From: an uncultured virus (IMG/VR IMGVR_UViG_3300020048_000030)
Taxonomy: Duplodnaviria > Heunggongvirae > Uroviricota > Caudoviricetes
Direction: 5' to 3' (one strand)
Length of the DNA stretch: 64,000 nucleotides
IMG/VR virus record: IMGVR_UViG_3300020048_000030
Part shown: piece after piece, positions 22,298 through 32,187 of the stretch
How the letters are laid out: every line of letters begins with the position of its first letter
How positions within the stretch are numbered: position 1 is the first letter of the stretch
The notes under the pieces: model-generated
The model's database searches: none
Told to the model about the DNA's origin: nothing
What the model saw: the letters and a program-made list of their open reading frames with translations, nothing else
Position numbers and translations under genes: made by a program

Positions 22298-22569
22298 TGT
22301 ATTTTATTTAATTTAAATGCTAACATATAACCTTTTGCTTTTGACCCACTTGGAATATTATACATAACATTTTTTCTTATATCATATAAACAAGTCATAT
22401 TTTCTGTTGTATTATAAAATAATCTATATGCAACAAATTCTTCATTTTCAATAGTTATCTTACCATCTTCTGACCAACTAAATTCCTTTGCCTTTTTATC
22501 AATTGGTGTAGAACTCCAAGAAACTTTAGTATTTGATGTATCATTACTTCTTATCCCTTTAACTCCCAT
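22294..22569 (-). CDS. hypothetical protein
   Basis: 91-aa ORF in the gene run. Confidence 0.6.
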   Translation of the reverse strand: MGVKGIRSNDTSNTKVSWSSTPIDKKAKEFSWSEDGKITIENEEFVAYRLFYNTTENMTCLYDIRKNVMYNIPSGSKAKGYMLAFKLNKIQ

Positions 22570-22594
22570 AATAAATATATTTTTATTGTATATA

Positions 22595-23122
22595 TTATTT
22601 TCTTGGTTTTAATATTATAATCAATTTATTACCTTCTAATTGTGGTAAACTTTCTACTAAACAATAATCAGCCAAATCATTTGCTAATTTTAATAACATA
22701 ATTTCACCTTTTTCTTTAAATTTAATTTCTCTTCCTTTAAAGATTACAAATGCTCTAACCTTATCACCATCTTCTAAGAATTTTTGTGCATGTCTTTTCT
22801 TGAATTCAAAATCATGATCATCTGTATTGGGACCAAATCTTAATTCTTTTAATTCCATCTTGTTTTCTCTATTCTTCTTTTCCTGTTCTTTTTGTTTTTT
22901 CTTTTGTTCATAGAGATACTTACTTATTTCCATTATCTTACATACTGGTGGAACTGCATTAGGACTGATTTCAATTAAATCTAATCCTAATTCATCTGCC
23001 AATGATATTGCATCTTTAGTATCATAAATACCAGTTTCTATATTATCTCCAACTAATCTTACTTCAGATACTCTTATCTGATTGTTAATTTTAAAAGTTA
23101 CTTCTTTTTGTTTTTTAGCCAT
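22595..23122 (-). CDS. infC: Translation initiation factor IF-3
   Basis: INNQIRVSEVRLVG, LDLIEISPNAVPPVCKIM, KELRFGPNTDDHDFEFK, GDKVRAFVIFKGRE. Confidence 0.95.
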   Translation of the reverse strand: MAKKQKEVTFKINNQIRVSEVRLVGDNIETGIYDTKDAISLADELGLDLIEISPNAVPPVCKIMEISKYLYEQKKKQKEQEKKNRENKMELKELRFGPNTDDHDFEFKKRHAQKFLEDGDKVRAFVIFKGREIKFKEKGEIMLLKLANDLADYCLVESLPQLEGNKLIIILKPRK

Positions 23123-23569
23123 TTAGTTTTTATTATAAAATTTTTTTATTTTGTCTTTCCTCAAAGATACACAAATATTATTATTATTTGTATAAAAATT
23201 ATCATATTTTATCTTACCATCAATTTTTATTGTTTCACCTTTTATTGATAATGTCATCATTGTTGGTATTTCATCTACTATTTTTATTCTTTCATATATA
23301 TCAAATATATCATAATACTTTTTGTTCAATACAATATCACCATCTATAAATAAATCCACTGTGACATTCATTAATGGTGTATTAATAATATGATTAATAC
23401 CTAGAACATTTGGTACAAATGGTTGCGATAAACTTGGTTTAATATCTTTTAAATCTAAATCTTCAAAAGTAATCGTACCATTACAGTATAATGAACCATT
23501 GACTTCTAAATCACCATGAATATAAACATTATTATCTATTATCATACAGCAATAGGTACATTTTTCCAA
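23123..23569 (-). CDS. hypothetical protein with C-terminal RxxKI motif
   Basis: Ends LRKDKIKKF. Confidence 0.6.
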   Translation of the reverse strand: MEKCTYCCMIIDNNVYIHGDLEVNGSLYCNGTITFEDLDLKDIKPSLSQPFVPNVLGINHIINTPLMNVTVDLFIDGDIVLNKKYYDIFDIYERIKIVDEIPTMMTLSIKGETIKIDGKIKYDNFYTNNNNICVSLRKDKIKKFYNKN

Positions 23570-24525
23570 TTAGGATAAGGATTGTAATCACTAATTTCAA
23601 AATCTTCAAATTTAAAATCATAAATATCAGTTACTTTTCTATTTATTTTTAATGTTGGTAATTTTTTAGGTTCTCTTTTTAATTGTTCATTTACATAATC
23701 TATATGATTCATATATAAATGTGTATTTCCTAAATTTCCTATAACTTCATATGGGATATGATTAGTTACCATTGCCAATATATGTGTTAAAAATGCATAA
23801 GAAGCAATATTATAGGGGATCCCGAGAAAAGTATCACAGGATCTCTGATTCCACATTAATGATAATTTCCTTGTAGGAAAATTATAATGATTCATTGCAG
23901 CTTCAGCAGACATACCAGTATCTTCTAATTTATGAATTTTTTGATATTCAATCCATTTCATATATCTTTCAGAATCTTTCATCTTAACACTATCACATTG
24001 AAAACCATAATGACATGGTGGTAAATTCATTTCATCTAATTGTCCCGGATTCCATCCACTTACTATAATTCTACGTGAATTAGGATTATTTTTTAATTGA
24101 TCTATAATATTATCAATTTGATTTATTGGACTATTTTTAATATCATAGTCTGAACTACCAAATGTTTTAACATATTTATATTTATCCCAATTGGTCCATT
24201 GATATCCATATATTTTTCCTAAATTACCATCTTTATCTGCCCATTCATCCCAAATAGATACACCATTGTCTTTAAGATATTTAATATTTGTTAATGATAA
24301 GTCTTTATATCTTTCATCTTTCATATGAATACCTAAAAACCACAATAGTTCATATATTATAGATTTAGTATGTAACTTTTTAGTTGTCAATAAAGGAAAT
24401 AACCCATCTCCTAAATTAAATCTAATTTGTCTTCCAAATACAGAAATCGAATCTGTTCCTGTTCTATTTTCTTGTAAAATACCATTTTCTTTAATATCTC
24501 TTAATAAATCTAAATATTGCTTCAT
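23542..24525 (-). CDS. thyA: Thymidylate synthase
   Basis: NRTGT, FPLLTTKK, ELLWF, LPPCH, QRSCDTFLGIPYNIASY, HLYMNH. Confidence 0.97.
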   Translation of the reverse strand: MKQYLDLLRDIKENGILQENRTGTDSISVFGRQIRFNLGDGLFPLLTTKKLHTKSIIYELLWFLGIHMKDERYKDLSLTNIKYLKDNGVSIWDEWADKDGNLGKIYGYQWTNWDKYKYVKTFGSSDYDIKNSPINQIDNIIDQLKNNPNSRRIIVSGWNPGQLDEMNLPPCHYGFQCDSVKMKDSERYMKWIEYQKIHKLEDTGMSAEAAMNHYNFPTRKLSLMWNQRSCDTFLGIPYNIASYAFLTHILAMVTNHIPYEVIGNLGNTHLYMNHIDYVNEQLKREPKKLPTLKINRKVTDIYDFKFEDFEISDYNPYPNWKNVPIAV

Positions 24526-24642
24526 TATACTTTTTATATCTTATATTTTTAATTTCACTAAAAGTTTAAATATACAAATATATTTTACTAAACAAACTAT
24601 TAATAATTAAAAAATTTCCAATTTCAATATCATTCAAAAAAT

Positions 24643-25902
24643 CTAAGAAAATTCATTATTTTCAAAAATTATTTCTTCTTGTTTCATTCTATCATAACTT
24701 TTTAGGGGAATTACTTCCTTGTCATCCATTAGAGGACAGTCCACAAGCGTAAATTTGGGATAATGCATCCCTATTAAAATTCTTTTTCCTTCATTTTCTA
24801 TGTTTATTGCTGCATTAAAATCTCTGTTATGTATTGTTCCACACTCAGAACAAGTCCATTCCCTTTCTTTTAATGATAATTCTTTGTATTTATGTCCACA
24901 TACTGAACACAACTTCGAAGAAGGAAACCACCTATCAATAACAATTAGATTTCTTCCATACCACTCAGATTTATATTTTAATTGTCTGAATGTTTCACCA
25001 ATTGAAAGGCCTTGAATTGATTTTGATAATTTATGGTTTTTTATCATACCTTTAACATTTAAATCTTCAATTACAATCGTTTGGTTTTCACGTACTAATT
25101 GAGATGTAATGTTATGTATGTAATTTATCTTTATATTATTTAACTTTTCATGAAATTTTGCTAATTTAATTCTTTGTTTATTTTTGTTTTTTGATCCATT
25201 TATTTTTTTGGATAATTGTCTATGTAATTTAACTAACATTTTTTCATTTTTATATTTAAGTTTTAAATTATCAAACACTTGACCATTAGAACAAACCATA
25301 AAATCTTTAATTCCAATGTCAATTCCGATAATATTATTAATAGGTGATTTAATTGGTTCAATAATATTTTCAATTAAAATTGATAAAAAATATTTATTTG
25401 TTTTTGATCTTGAAATGGTAGCAGATCTTATTTTATCTTTATGATTTGTTAAATAATTTTTATCTTTATCAGAACATTCAAATTTTATCTTTTTTAATTG
25501 TTTTGTTAATGTAATTTTATTATCTGAATATATATTTTTATTAGACATTGCTTCTGATGGAAATCTTGCAGACTGTTTATTATTGTGTTTTGATTTGTAT
25601 TTAGGAAATCCATTTCCGTTAATAAAAAATCTTTTATAAGCATCTAATAGATCAATAATAGATTGTTTTAATACTTTTGTATTATGTTCTTGTAAATAAT
25701 TAAATTCTGTTGATTTTATTAATTCTTGATGAAAAAATTTCCCTAAACCACTAAGTGATATATTTGTTTTGTCTAATGTATATGCAGTTATTTTTTTATT
25801 CAAACATAAATTATATACTTTCCTATATGAACCACATAATCTATTTATATAATTTGATTGTGTTTTATTTGGATATATTCTTATTTTAATTGCTTTTATC
25901 AT
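24643..25902 (-). mobile_element. tnpB: RNA-guided nuclease TnpB (IS200/IS605 family), no adjacent TnpA
   Basis: N-terminal KIRIYPN HTH, RuvC residues GIDIG / IEDL / RDFNAAINI, zinc finger CSVC..CSEC. Confidence 0.92.
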
Positions 25903-25937
25903 TTCTAATTTATGGATTATTTTTAACCCTTTTATTT

Positions 25938-25974
25938 ATATATTAAATAAAAATAGTCATATTTTTCCATTTTT
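25938..25974 (-). promoter_or_regulatory. phage late-type promoter upstream of tnpB
   Basis: AAAAATGGAAAAATATGAC..TTAATATATA, the same pattern as upstream of the capsid and protease genes. Confidence 0.6.
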
Positions 25975-26017
25975 AAAAAAATTTTATTTAATATATAAAT
26001 AAAAATCCACTTTTTTT

Positions 26018-26452
26018 ATGCCAAGTGTCAGAATACCATATAAAAAAGTTCAAAATTTTGTCCTAATAAAACAAATTGATTATGATTATAGGAGAAAATA
26101 TAAGAAGATTACTTATTGTTATGATGAATATAAGGATGGTGTAATATTTAAAACTTATACCCATAGAATTAATAACCCAGCTGTTATCATTTATAGAAAC
26201 AATCATATTAATGAATTACAATATTGGAAATTTGGTAAATTACATAGAGAATATGCACCTGCTATTATAATATATGATGGTAATAAAATAGATACTGAAA
26301 AATGGTATGTTAATGGTATAAAATTAACAGATGATGAAATTGAATCAGAAAAGAAAGTCATTGATAGAAGACAAAAAATGATGAAGGTTATATTGAAAAT
26401 AAAGAAAAAACAACAAAATAAAATTAANNNNNNNNNNTTAATATATAATTGA
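26018..26452 (+). CDS. hypothetical protein with LHRxxxPA beta-repeats
   Basis: HRINNPAVI, GKLHREYAPAII, EKWYVNG; 3' end crosses an assembly gap. Confidence 0.7.
   Translation: MPSVRIPYKKVQNFVLIKQIDYDYRRKYKKITYCYDEYKDGVIFKTYTHRINNPAVIIYRNNHINELQYWKFGKLHREYAPAIIIYDGNKIDTEKWYVNGIKLTDDEIESEKKVIDRRQKMMKVILKIKKKQQNKIXXXXLIYN
26428..26437. other. assembly gap (10 N)
   Basis: Run of n. Confidence 1.
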
Positions 26453-26560
26453 ATAAAAAATAATAAAAATAAAATTAAATTTAGTAAAAATAAACCCCCA
26501 AAATCCGGTCCAAATAGTAGAACAAGAAGAAAAGATGGTCAAGGTAAATAAGTTAATAAT

Positions 26561-26800
26561 ATGATACTAAAATCAAAATATCCAATAAATGAATTTAATA
26601 ATTCCACTGGTGTAATGGGATTACAAGAACTTGCTGATTTAGCATCAAGACTTGGTTTTGAATCAGAATTCATTCTTCCATTATTACAAAAATCATTTAA
26701 ATTTCAAGGTGATGAAAGTGTTGTAAAAACATTTAAAAGAATTACGAATTTAGAAATTACCCCAATTATAAAAGGAAAATATATAATTTCATATTCATAA
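26561..26800 (+). CDS. hypothetical protein
   Basis: 79-aa ORF. Confidence 0.6.
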   Translation: MILKSKYPINEFNNSTGVMGLQELADLASRLGFESEFILPLLQKSFKFQGDESVVKTFKRITNLEITPIIKGKYIISYS

Positions 26801-26885
26801 AATGAGTTTTAAAATTAAATATATAAATAAAATATATAATTTCATATTCATAAAATGAGTTTTAAAATTAAATATATAAATAAAA
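26776..26885 (+). repeat. 53-bp perfect tandem duplication containing a TAAATATATAAATA promoter-like motif
   Basis: Copies start at 26776 and 26829. Confidence 0.9.
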
Positions 26886-26901
26886 AATAATAATAATTAA
26901 A

Positions 26902-27318
26902 ATGGCAAACATAATTACGAAATTTGAAAACTTTGTAAATGAATCAAAATTAAATGAAGAAAATTCATTAGGTAATAGTGGTATAGTAGGTTGGTATAAT
27001 TTATTTGGTAGAACATTAATGGCAATTCCAACATTAGGAACAAATATCTTAATTGAAAAAGGAATTGATTATTTAAGGGGATTGTATAGTGATCATCTTA
27101 TAAAAAATATTGTAGATAAATTATCAAAAGATGAACTAATTATGAAATCTCTTGATACATTAAATGTAGATAAAATTGGAGATGATAGAGAATTAGTTTT
27201 TAATGGTACAAGAAATACCACAGAAGTAGGAGAAAGAATTAAAGAACTTTTAACTGAAAGAGAAATAGAAGAACTCTATCAAAATTTAAGATATATAAAG
27301 AGAAATATTAAAAAATAA
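26902..27318 (+). CDS. hypothetical protein (capsid-targeting-like N-terminus)
   Basis: IITKFENFVNE. Confidence 0.7.
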   Translation: MANIITKFENFVNESKLNEENSLGNSGIVGWYNLFGRTLMAIPTLGTNILIEKGIDYLRGLYSDHLIKNIVDKLSKDELIMKSLDTLNVDKIGDDRELVFNGTRNTTEVGERIKELLTEREIEELYQNLRYIKRNIKK

Positions 27319-27325
27319 ACAAAAT

Positions 27326-27354
27326 AAAAAGGGAAGTAAAAACTTCCCTTTTTT
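27326..27354. terminator. bidirectional intrinsic terminator
   Basis: A5-GGGAAGT-loop-ACTTCCC-T6 between convergent genes. Confidence 0.85.
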
Positions 27355-28526
27355 CATAACTTCATTTTAATCAAATCAGTTAAATTCATTAAATATAATT
27401 TATCCATAATATCATTACTAAAATAATTATCCCAATCAAACATATCATATATTGGTTTATTTATTTTAACAGCTAACTTATTAAAATCTTTTATATTTTC
27501 ACTTAATAATCTTGCCATATCTAATTTATTCCCTTTATGTTTTCTTAACATATCTAAAAAGAATTTATTCCAAAGAAATACTGTCCTACCATCCTCTAAC
27601 ATCTTTTCTGTTTTTTTATTTCCTGCCTTATCATTATCATATACAAATCTTATATCAACACCATCTTCATTTAATAAAAATGTTATATCTGTATTAACTC
27701 CAATCTGTCCAATTGAATTTGGTAAAAATAAACTATCTGCATACCCTTCAAATACATTAACTTTATTAGAAAAATCAATATTAAATATATTAAAAAAATG
27801 TGATAATTTATTATAAGATAATCTTTCTTGTTCATCTAAATCATTCTCAGGATACATCATATCATATATAAAAGTAAAATCAAATATTTTGAAATATCTC
27901 TTTTCACCTTCTAATAAATTTCTTACTTGCATTGATATTACCTTATCACCCATTCTATTTAAAAATACCATAACAGGTTGTTTCCATTTTGGTGAAAAAT
28001 GATATATACCTTGATATATATCCCTTGTATTCTGTATTTGTCTTGTATGTCTAACATGATATTCTACTGGACTACCATATTCTAAAGGTTTTAAATCTGT
28101 TAATCCCCTTATCCAATCATGTGAATAAAATTTAGTTAATTCATCAATTGGAATTAATTTTTCTAAAGAAGTTAAAGTAACATCATCTTTTTTAGTAAAT
28201 TGAATATTTTTTTCAATATAATCATACATTTCCATCTTTTTATCCAAATCCATTTGAATACCAAAAGTATTCAATAATTTAGTAAATGATCTATTACAAG
28301 ATGAATCATTATAACATATATACATCATATTTTTGAAATATAAATTACCTCTTTTTTTTGATGCAGATTTTTGAGAATCCCCACATATAGGACAACTTAT
28401 ATTAAATTTATCAGGATATTCCCTAATATTTTTCTTATTAGAATCAATATGATTCTTATTTAAGATTATTTGTAATAAATCTTTTATGTAACCTTTATCT
28501 AAAGGTGTATTTTCTTGTAAATTCAT
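27354..28526 (-). CDS. DNA primase (T4 gp61-like)
   Basis: Zinc finger CPICGDS..KKRG..CYN; TOPRIM motifs VFEGYADSLF and VYDND. Confidence 0.88.
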   Translation of the reverse strand: MNLQENTPLDKGYIKDLLQIILNKNHIDSNKKNIREYPDKFNISCPICGDSQKSASKKRGNLYFKNMMYICYNDSSCNRSFTKLLNTFGIQMDLDKKMEMYDYIEKNIQFTKKDDVTLTSLEKLIPIDELTKFYSHDWIRGLTDLKPLEYGSPVEYHVRHTRQIQNTRDIYQGIYHFSPKWKQPVMVFLNRMGDKVISMQVRNLLEGEKRYFKIFDFTFIYDMMYPENDLDEQERLSYNKLSHFFNIFNIDFSNKVNVFEGYADSLFLPNSIGQIGVNTDITFLLNEDGVDIRFVYDNDKAGNKKTEKMLEDGRTVFLWNKFFLDMLRKHKGNKLDMARLLSENIKDFNKLAVKINKPIYDMFDWDNYFSNDIMDKLYLMNLTDLIKMKL

Positions 28527-28535
28527 TGGAAAATA

Positions 28536-28567
28536 TTTGGTAATATTAAAATTATTGTATATCTTTG
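28536..28567 (+). promoter_or_regulatory. Bacteroidota-type housekeeping promoter
   Basis: TTTG-N20-TATCTTTG. Identical spacing at 32728, 32841, 41704, 42006, 45834, 46089 and 49102. Confidence 0.8.
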
Positions 28568-28662
28568 TATAGTAATTAAAAAGAAAAGTTTAAGAAGAAT
28601 AAAAAAAATAATAATATAATATAATATATCATAATCTTGCATCTTTTTATAAATAACTAAAT

Positions 28663-29139
28663 ATGAGCAAATTAATAAAAATAAAAATTTTATCAGGAAT
28701 TCCAGGTTGTGGTAAATCTACTTGGGCTAGAGATTTTGTTTCTCAAAATCCGGATACAAAGAGAATTAATCGTGATGATTTAAGAAGAATGTTTGATGAT
28801 AGTAGATTTACAGATGGTAATGAAAGTTTTGTAAATAAAGCTAAATTATCTTTAGTAAAGACAGGTATTGATTTTGATAAGGATATGATTATAGATGATA
28901 CTCATTGTTATAATGATTACTTGGTATGGTTTATAAATGAAATAAGAACATATGCAAAGGGTTTAGATAAACCAATTACTATTGAAATTATTGATTTCAA
29001 GGCTGATTTTGATTTATGTATTGGTAGAAATGACAATAGAGATTGTAAAGTTGATAAGAATGCTCTATATCATATGAATAAGGAAAAGAATTTAATTGAT
29101 TATGATTCTTTAGATATTGATGGTCATATCTTAATTTAA
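28663..29139 (+). CDS. P-loop kinase (AAA_33 / PseT kinase-like)
   Basis: GIPGCGKST, RINRDDLR, IIDDTH. Confidence 0.85.
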   Translation: MSKLIKIKILSGIPGCGKSTWARDFVSQNPDTKRINRDDLRRMFDDSRFTDGNESFVNKAKLSLVKTGIDFDKDMIIDDTHCYNDYLVWFINEIRTYAKGLDKPITIEIIDFKADFDLCIGRNDNRDCKVDKNALYHMNKEKNLIDYDSLDIDGHILI

Positions 29140-29182
29140 TATAAAAATATGATTTTTCATTTTAAATATATAATAAAAAATA

Positions 29183-29767
29183 ATGTTAATTAAAATGAAA
29201 AATATTAAAAATTATAATCAATTTATTAATGAAAATAAATTATTTGAAGATGTTATTCTTGGAAAAAATGATGCTAAAAATCAAAATGGTGTTGTTTTTG
29301 ATACTAATAATTGGGATATGACCTATGAAGAAGAAGGTGGTAAAAAAATAATATCTGCAAGAGGGTGTTTAAGAAATTCTTCTGGTAAATGGGTAACAGG
29401 TTTAAATTTTTCATATTATAATGATGTATCTGGTGAAACATCTAAATGGTTAGGAAAAAAATTAGGAAATAGTAAACTTAATGATACTTCTGGTTTCAAT
29501 ATTTTTCAAGTTCGTAATGATATTAATGGTAATTTATATGGATTATCACTTTATTCTAGAGATAATAAAAATATAACTAATCTATCTGAAATTGGTAATC
29601 AAAAATTTATTTTAATTGATGAAAGTGGTAATAAAAATAATCAACCTTTAAATTTATCTACTACTCAAATAGAATTTGATGTTATAAATAAAACTATAAA
29701 AGAAAAATTTGGTATTGAAGTTAATTTAAAAGATATAATAGATTCTTTAGGAATAAAAATACAATAA
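29183..29767 (+). CDS. hypothetical protein (capsid-targeting-like N-terminus)
   Basis: KNYNQFINE. Confidence 0.7.
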   Translation: MLIKMKNIKNYNQFINENKLFEDVILGKNDAKNQNGVVFDTNNWDMTYEEEGGKKIISARGCLRNSSGKWVTGLNFSYYNDVSGETSKWLGKKLGNSKLNDTSGFNIFQVRNDINGNLYGLSLYSRDNKNITNLSEIGNQKFILIDESGNKNNQPLNLSTTQIEFDVINKTIKEKFGIEVNLKDIIDSLGIKIQ

Positions 29768-29772
29768 ATTAT

Positions 29773-29802
29773 AAAAAAAGGAAGTAGAAACTTCCTTTTT
29801 TT
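29773..29802. terminator. bidirectional intrinsic terminator
   Basis: A7-GGAAGT-loop-ACTTCC-T7. Confidence 0.85.
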
Positions 29803-29818
29803 ATTTTATGGACATATC

Positions 29819-30277
29819 TTAGTCTAACATACCAATATCATAAATATATTTCTTAAAATTTTCTTTAACTTTAACTGGAAGTTTATCCCAAGGCATTTGG
29901 GATAATTCTTCTGGTATTTTATATTGTCTCATAAAACTATCCATATCTTCATCATAAAGACCATCCCATAGGTGACTATATTTACCATCTTCAATTTCTT
30001 CATCACTCCAATCATCAAAGTTCATATCATCAATACCAAATTCTTTACCTGTTTCTTTATAGAAATCAGTATCATCTTTTCTTGGGTCATATGATAATAC
30101 ACCTTTATAATTCTTTTCTCTTTCTTTTATTTTATTTTCTACTTGTTGGTGTTTATTATCACCAAATTTATTAAGGAAATCTTTTTCTAAATCAGTTAAG
30201 GAATCCATACCATCTTTACTGATTTTATCTAAGATATCATCAAGTACTTTATTTTCAAAGAGTTTTAAGTATTTCAT
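29819..30277 (-). CDS. hypothetical protein
   Basis: Probable start MKYLKLFEN at 30277; LDDILDKISKDGMDSLT motif. Confidence 0.7.
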   Translation of the reverse strand: MKYLKLFENKVLDDILDKISKDGMDSLTDLEKDFLNKFGDNKHQQVENKIKEREKNYKGVLSYDPRKDDTDFYKETGKEFGIDDMNFDDWSDEEIEDGKYSHLWDGLYDEDMDSFMRQYKIPEELSQMPWDKLPVKVKENFKKYIYDIGMLD

Positions 30278-30282
30278 ATTAT

Positions 30283-30954
30283 TTATTTTATTTTTAAGTT
30301 TAACCATTTTGTTTGTTCAATCCATTTTAAAGCATCTTCAATATTTGTAAAACTATTAATTGCACCTTCAGTTTGCATACTCCATTTATATACATCTTCT
30401 TTTTCATTTATTAAAATATAAGGTTTATTTAACCCATACATCATCCCCATTTCAAATGTCATTCCAAATCCAGATGGATTATCTTTTGTTACCCATGCAA
30501 TTAATCCATCACATTCTGTTATCATATTTACTTCTCTTTCAAACCATTTTTCTTTATCTGTTGCAGTTCTTGGATCTAAGAATATAGCATTATCTATTTT
30601 AGAAATAATAAAATCTCTCCAATTATCCCATCCACCTGCTAAATAAATTTTATTTAGTGAAGTAGATTCATTTAAAAAATTATCAAATTTAGTAATAAGA
30701 TTTTCTTTTACTTTTTCTGGTAATCCTTTATGTTTAGTAGATGCAAAATCTTTAACATCATCATCACCCATACCTTTAGTCTTTTTTCTTTTATCACCAG
30801 TTTTTCTTTTATAACCATCTGCAATATCTTTAATTTTCTTACCTAATGAATCAGGTAATTCTTCTATATCTAAATCACCTTTTTTATAAGCATGTACCAT
30901 TCCCATTAATCTTTGTTGTGATTTTGATTTAGATTTTTCATTTAAAGATTCCAT
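30283..30954 (-). CDS. Basic phage domain fused to nucleoside 2-deoxyribosyltransferase-like domain
   Basis: N-terminal KSKSQQRLMGMV..FASTKHKGLPE; C-terminal KIYLAGG..DPR..ECDGLIA..GMTFEMG..NKPYILI. Confidence 0.7.
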   Translation of the reverse strand: MESLNEKSKSKSQQRLMGMVHAYKKGDLDIEELPDSLGKKIKDIADGYKRKTGDKRKKTKGMGDDDVKDFASTKHKGLPEKVKENLITKFDNFLNESTSLNKIYLAGGWDNWRDFIISKIDNAIFLDPRTATDKEKWFEREVNMITECDGLIAWVTKDNPSGFGMTFEMGMMYGLNKPYILINEKEDVYKWSMQTEGAINSFTNIEDALKWIEQTKWLNLKIK

Positions 30955-31006
30955 TTTAAAACTTATTATTTTTTATTGTATATATTAAAAAATTAAATAT
31001 AATTAT

Positions 31007-31390
31007 ATGAATACTGAACACATTTTAACAAGTAAATTTGAAGAACAAAAGAAAAACTTTACAATAGATGGACAACTTGATAGACATATTAAGAAGTTTA
31101 TCCTTAATCTTAATAAGAATGAAAATATTGTAACCATTTTTTCTTGTGAAGGTATGGATGATAAACAATTAAATCATTCACATATGCCATACTTTGGTTT
31201 TAATGTAAATAAACAAACTTGGAACTTATTGTGGACACAAGTTATCCCTGAATTAATGATGAAAATTGAAATACAAGTATCTACTAATTGTTATGAAGAA
31301 GTTATTTTTATCCACTATCCTAATAATGACAAATTTAAATTCTGGAAAGTAGTATTTGAAGTCTTTGGAAAATATTTTATTGAAAAATGA
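31007..31390 (+). CDS. hypothetical protein
   Basis: 127-aa ORF with TIFSCEG motif. Confidence 0.65.
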   Translation: MNTEHILTSKFEEQKKNFTIDGQLDRHIKKFILNLNKNENIVTIFSCEGMDDKQLNHSHMPYFGFNVNKQTWNLLWTQVIPELMMKIEIQVSTNCYEEVIFIHYPNNDKFKFWKVVFEVFGKYFIEK

Positions 31391-31845
31391 AAGAAAAGTT
31401 AATCATAGATATAGCAACCTACTGGACTAATACATTACTTGAAAATGGTATTAGATTAGATAAAAGTAATGACGAACAATATCCTTGGTCAAGTGTATTA
31501 CATCCTTGGTTAGTTAGTATTATTCATATGGGGGGTAAGTATTATACAGAAGATACTTATAAAATTAATTTTAATTTAGAATGTAGTGAAATAATTGATT
31601 ATGAACATATTGAAAATGTTATGTTAACTGAAAATACTTTGTCAAGTAGAGGTATAGGAACAATAGGATATAATTTAACAAAAGAAGAAAGATTATTTGT
31701 AGAAAATTTCTTTAAAGGTGAATGGTTAGAATATTTAGACATACAAGGTAGTAGAATAATAGTACAATTTCATTTAGATAAATATTATCCTGTATTTAGA
31801 CAATTAAAAATTAGGAAAATTAAAAATAACATATTATCTTTGTAA
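31387..31845 (+). CDS. hypothetical protein with C-terminal RxxKI motif
   Basis: Ends FRQLKIRKI. Confidence 0.65.
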   Translation: MKEKLIIDIATYWTNTLLENGIRLDKSNDEQYPWSSVLHPWLVSIIHMGGKYYTEDTYKINFNLECSEIIDYEHIENVMLTENTLSSRGIGTIGYNLTKEERLFVENFFKGEWLEYLDIQGSRIIVQFHLDKYYPVFRQLKIRKIKNNILSL

Positions 31846-31851
31846 AATAAT

Positions 31852-31947
31852 TGGGGGGAGATGCTGTTGGGTTCGAATCCCTTTACTTTGGACAGACAGA
31901 AAATATGGATACAGCTTGATCACTGAGTGGGTTCGAATCCCCTCCAC
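31852..31947 (+). ncRNA. tRNA-like element with two GGGTTCGAATCCC T-loops
   Basis: GC-rich island; G-rich 5' end pairs with CCTCCA at the 3' end; GCTGT/ACAGC stem. Confidence 0.45.
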
Positions 31948-31963
31948 AAAAAAGAATAATATA

Positions 31964-32152
31964 ATGGAAAACAATAAAGTAGTTGGAAAATATATAATAA
32001 TTAAAGACCTTGATTTTAGTGATTTTATGAAGGATGAACAAGGTAAAATAAAACTATATGATTCCATTGATGAAGCAAGTGAAACTTGTGGAATGTATGA
32101 ATTTCCAAATGTTTTAATCTGTAAAATTGAACATAATTACAGAGAATTATAA
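31964..32152 (+). CDS. hypothetical protein
   Basis: Likely start MENNK at 31964. Confidence 0.6.
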   Translation: MENNKVVGKYIIIKDLDFSDFMKDEQGKIKLYDSIDEASETCGMYEFPNVLICKIEHNYREL

Positions 32153-32187
32153 AATTAAATTAAATATATAAAGAAAAAACATTAATT

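Noticed and set aside
26776..26885. 53-bp duplication as a functional array
   Set aside because: Only two perfect copies, about 340 bp from an assembly gap; may be a recent duplication or a misassembly.
31852..31947. tmRNA (GGGG start, CTCCAC end)
   Set aside because: Only ~95 nt, with no mRNA-like domain.
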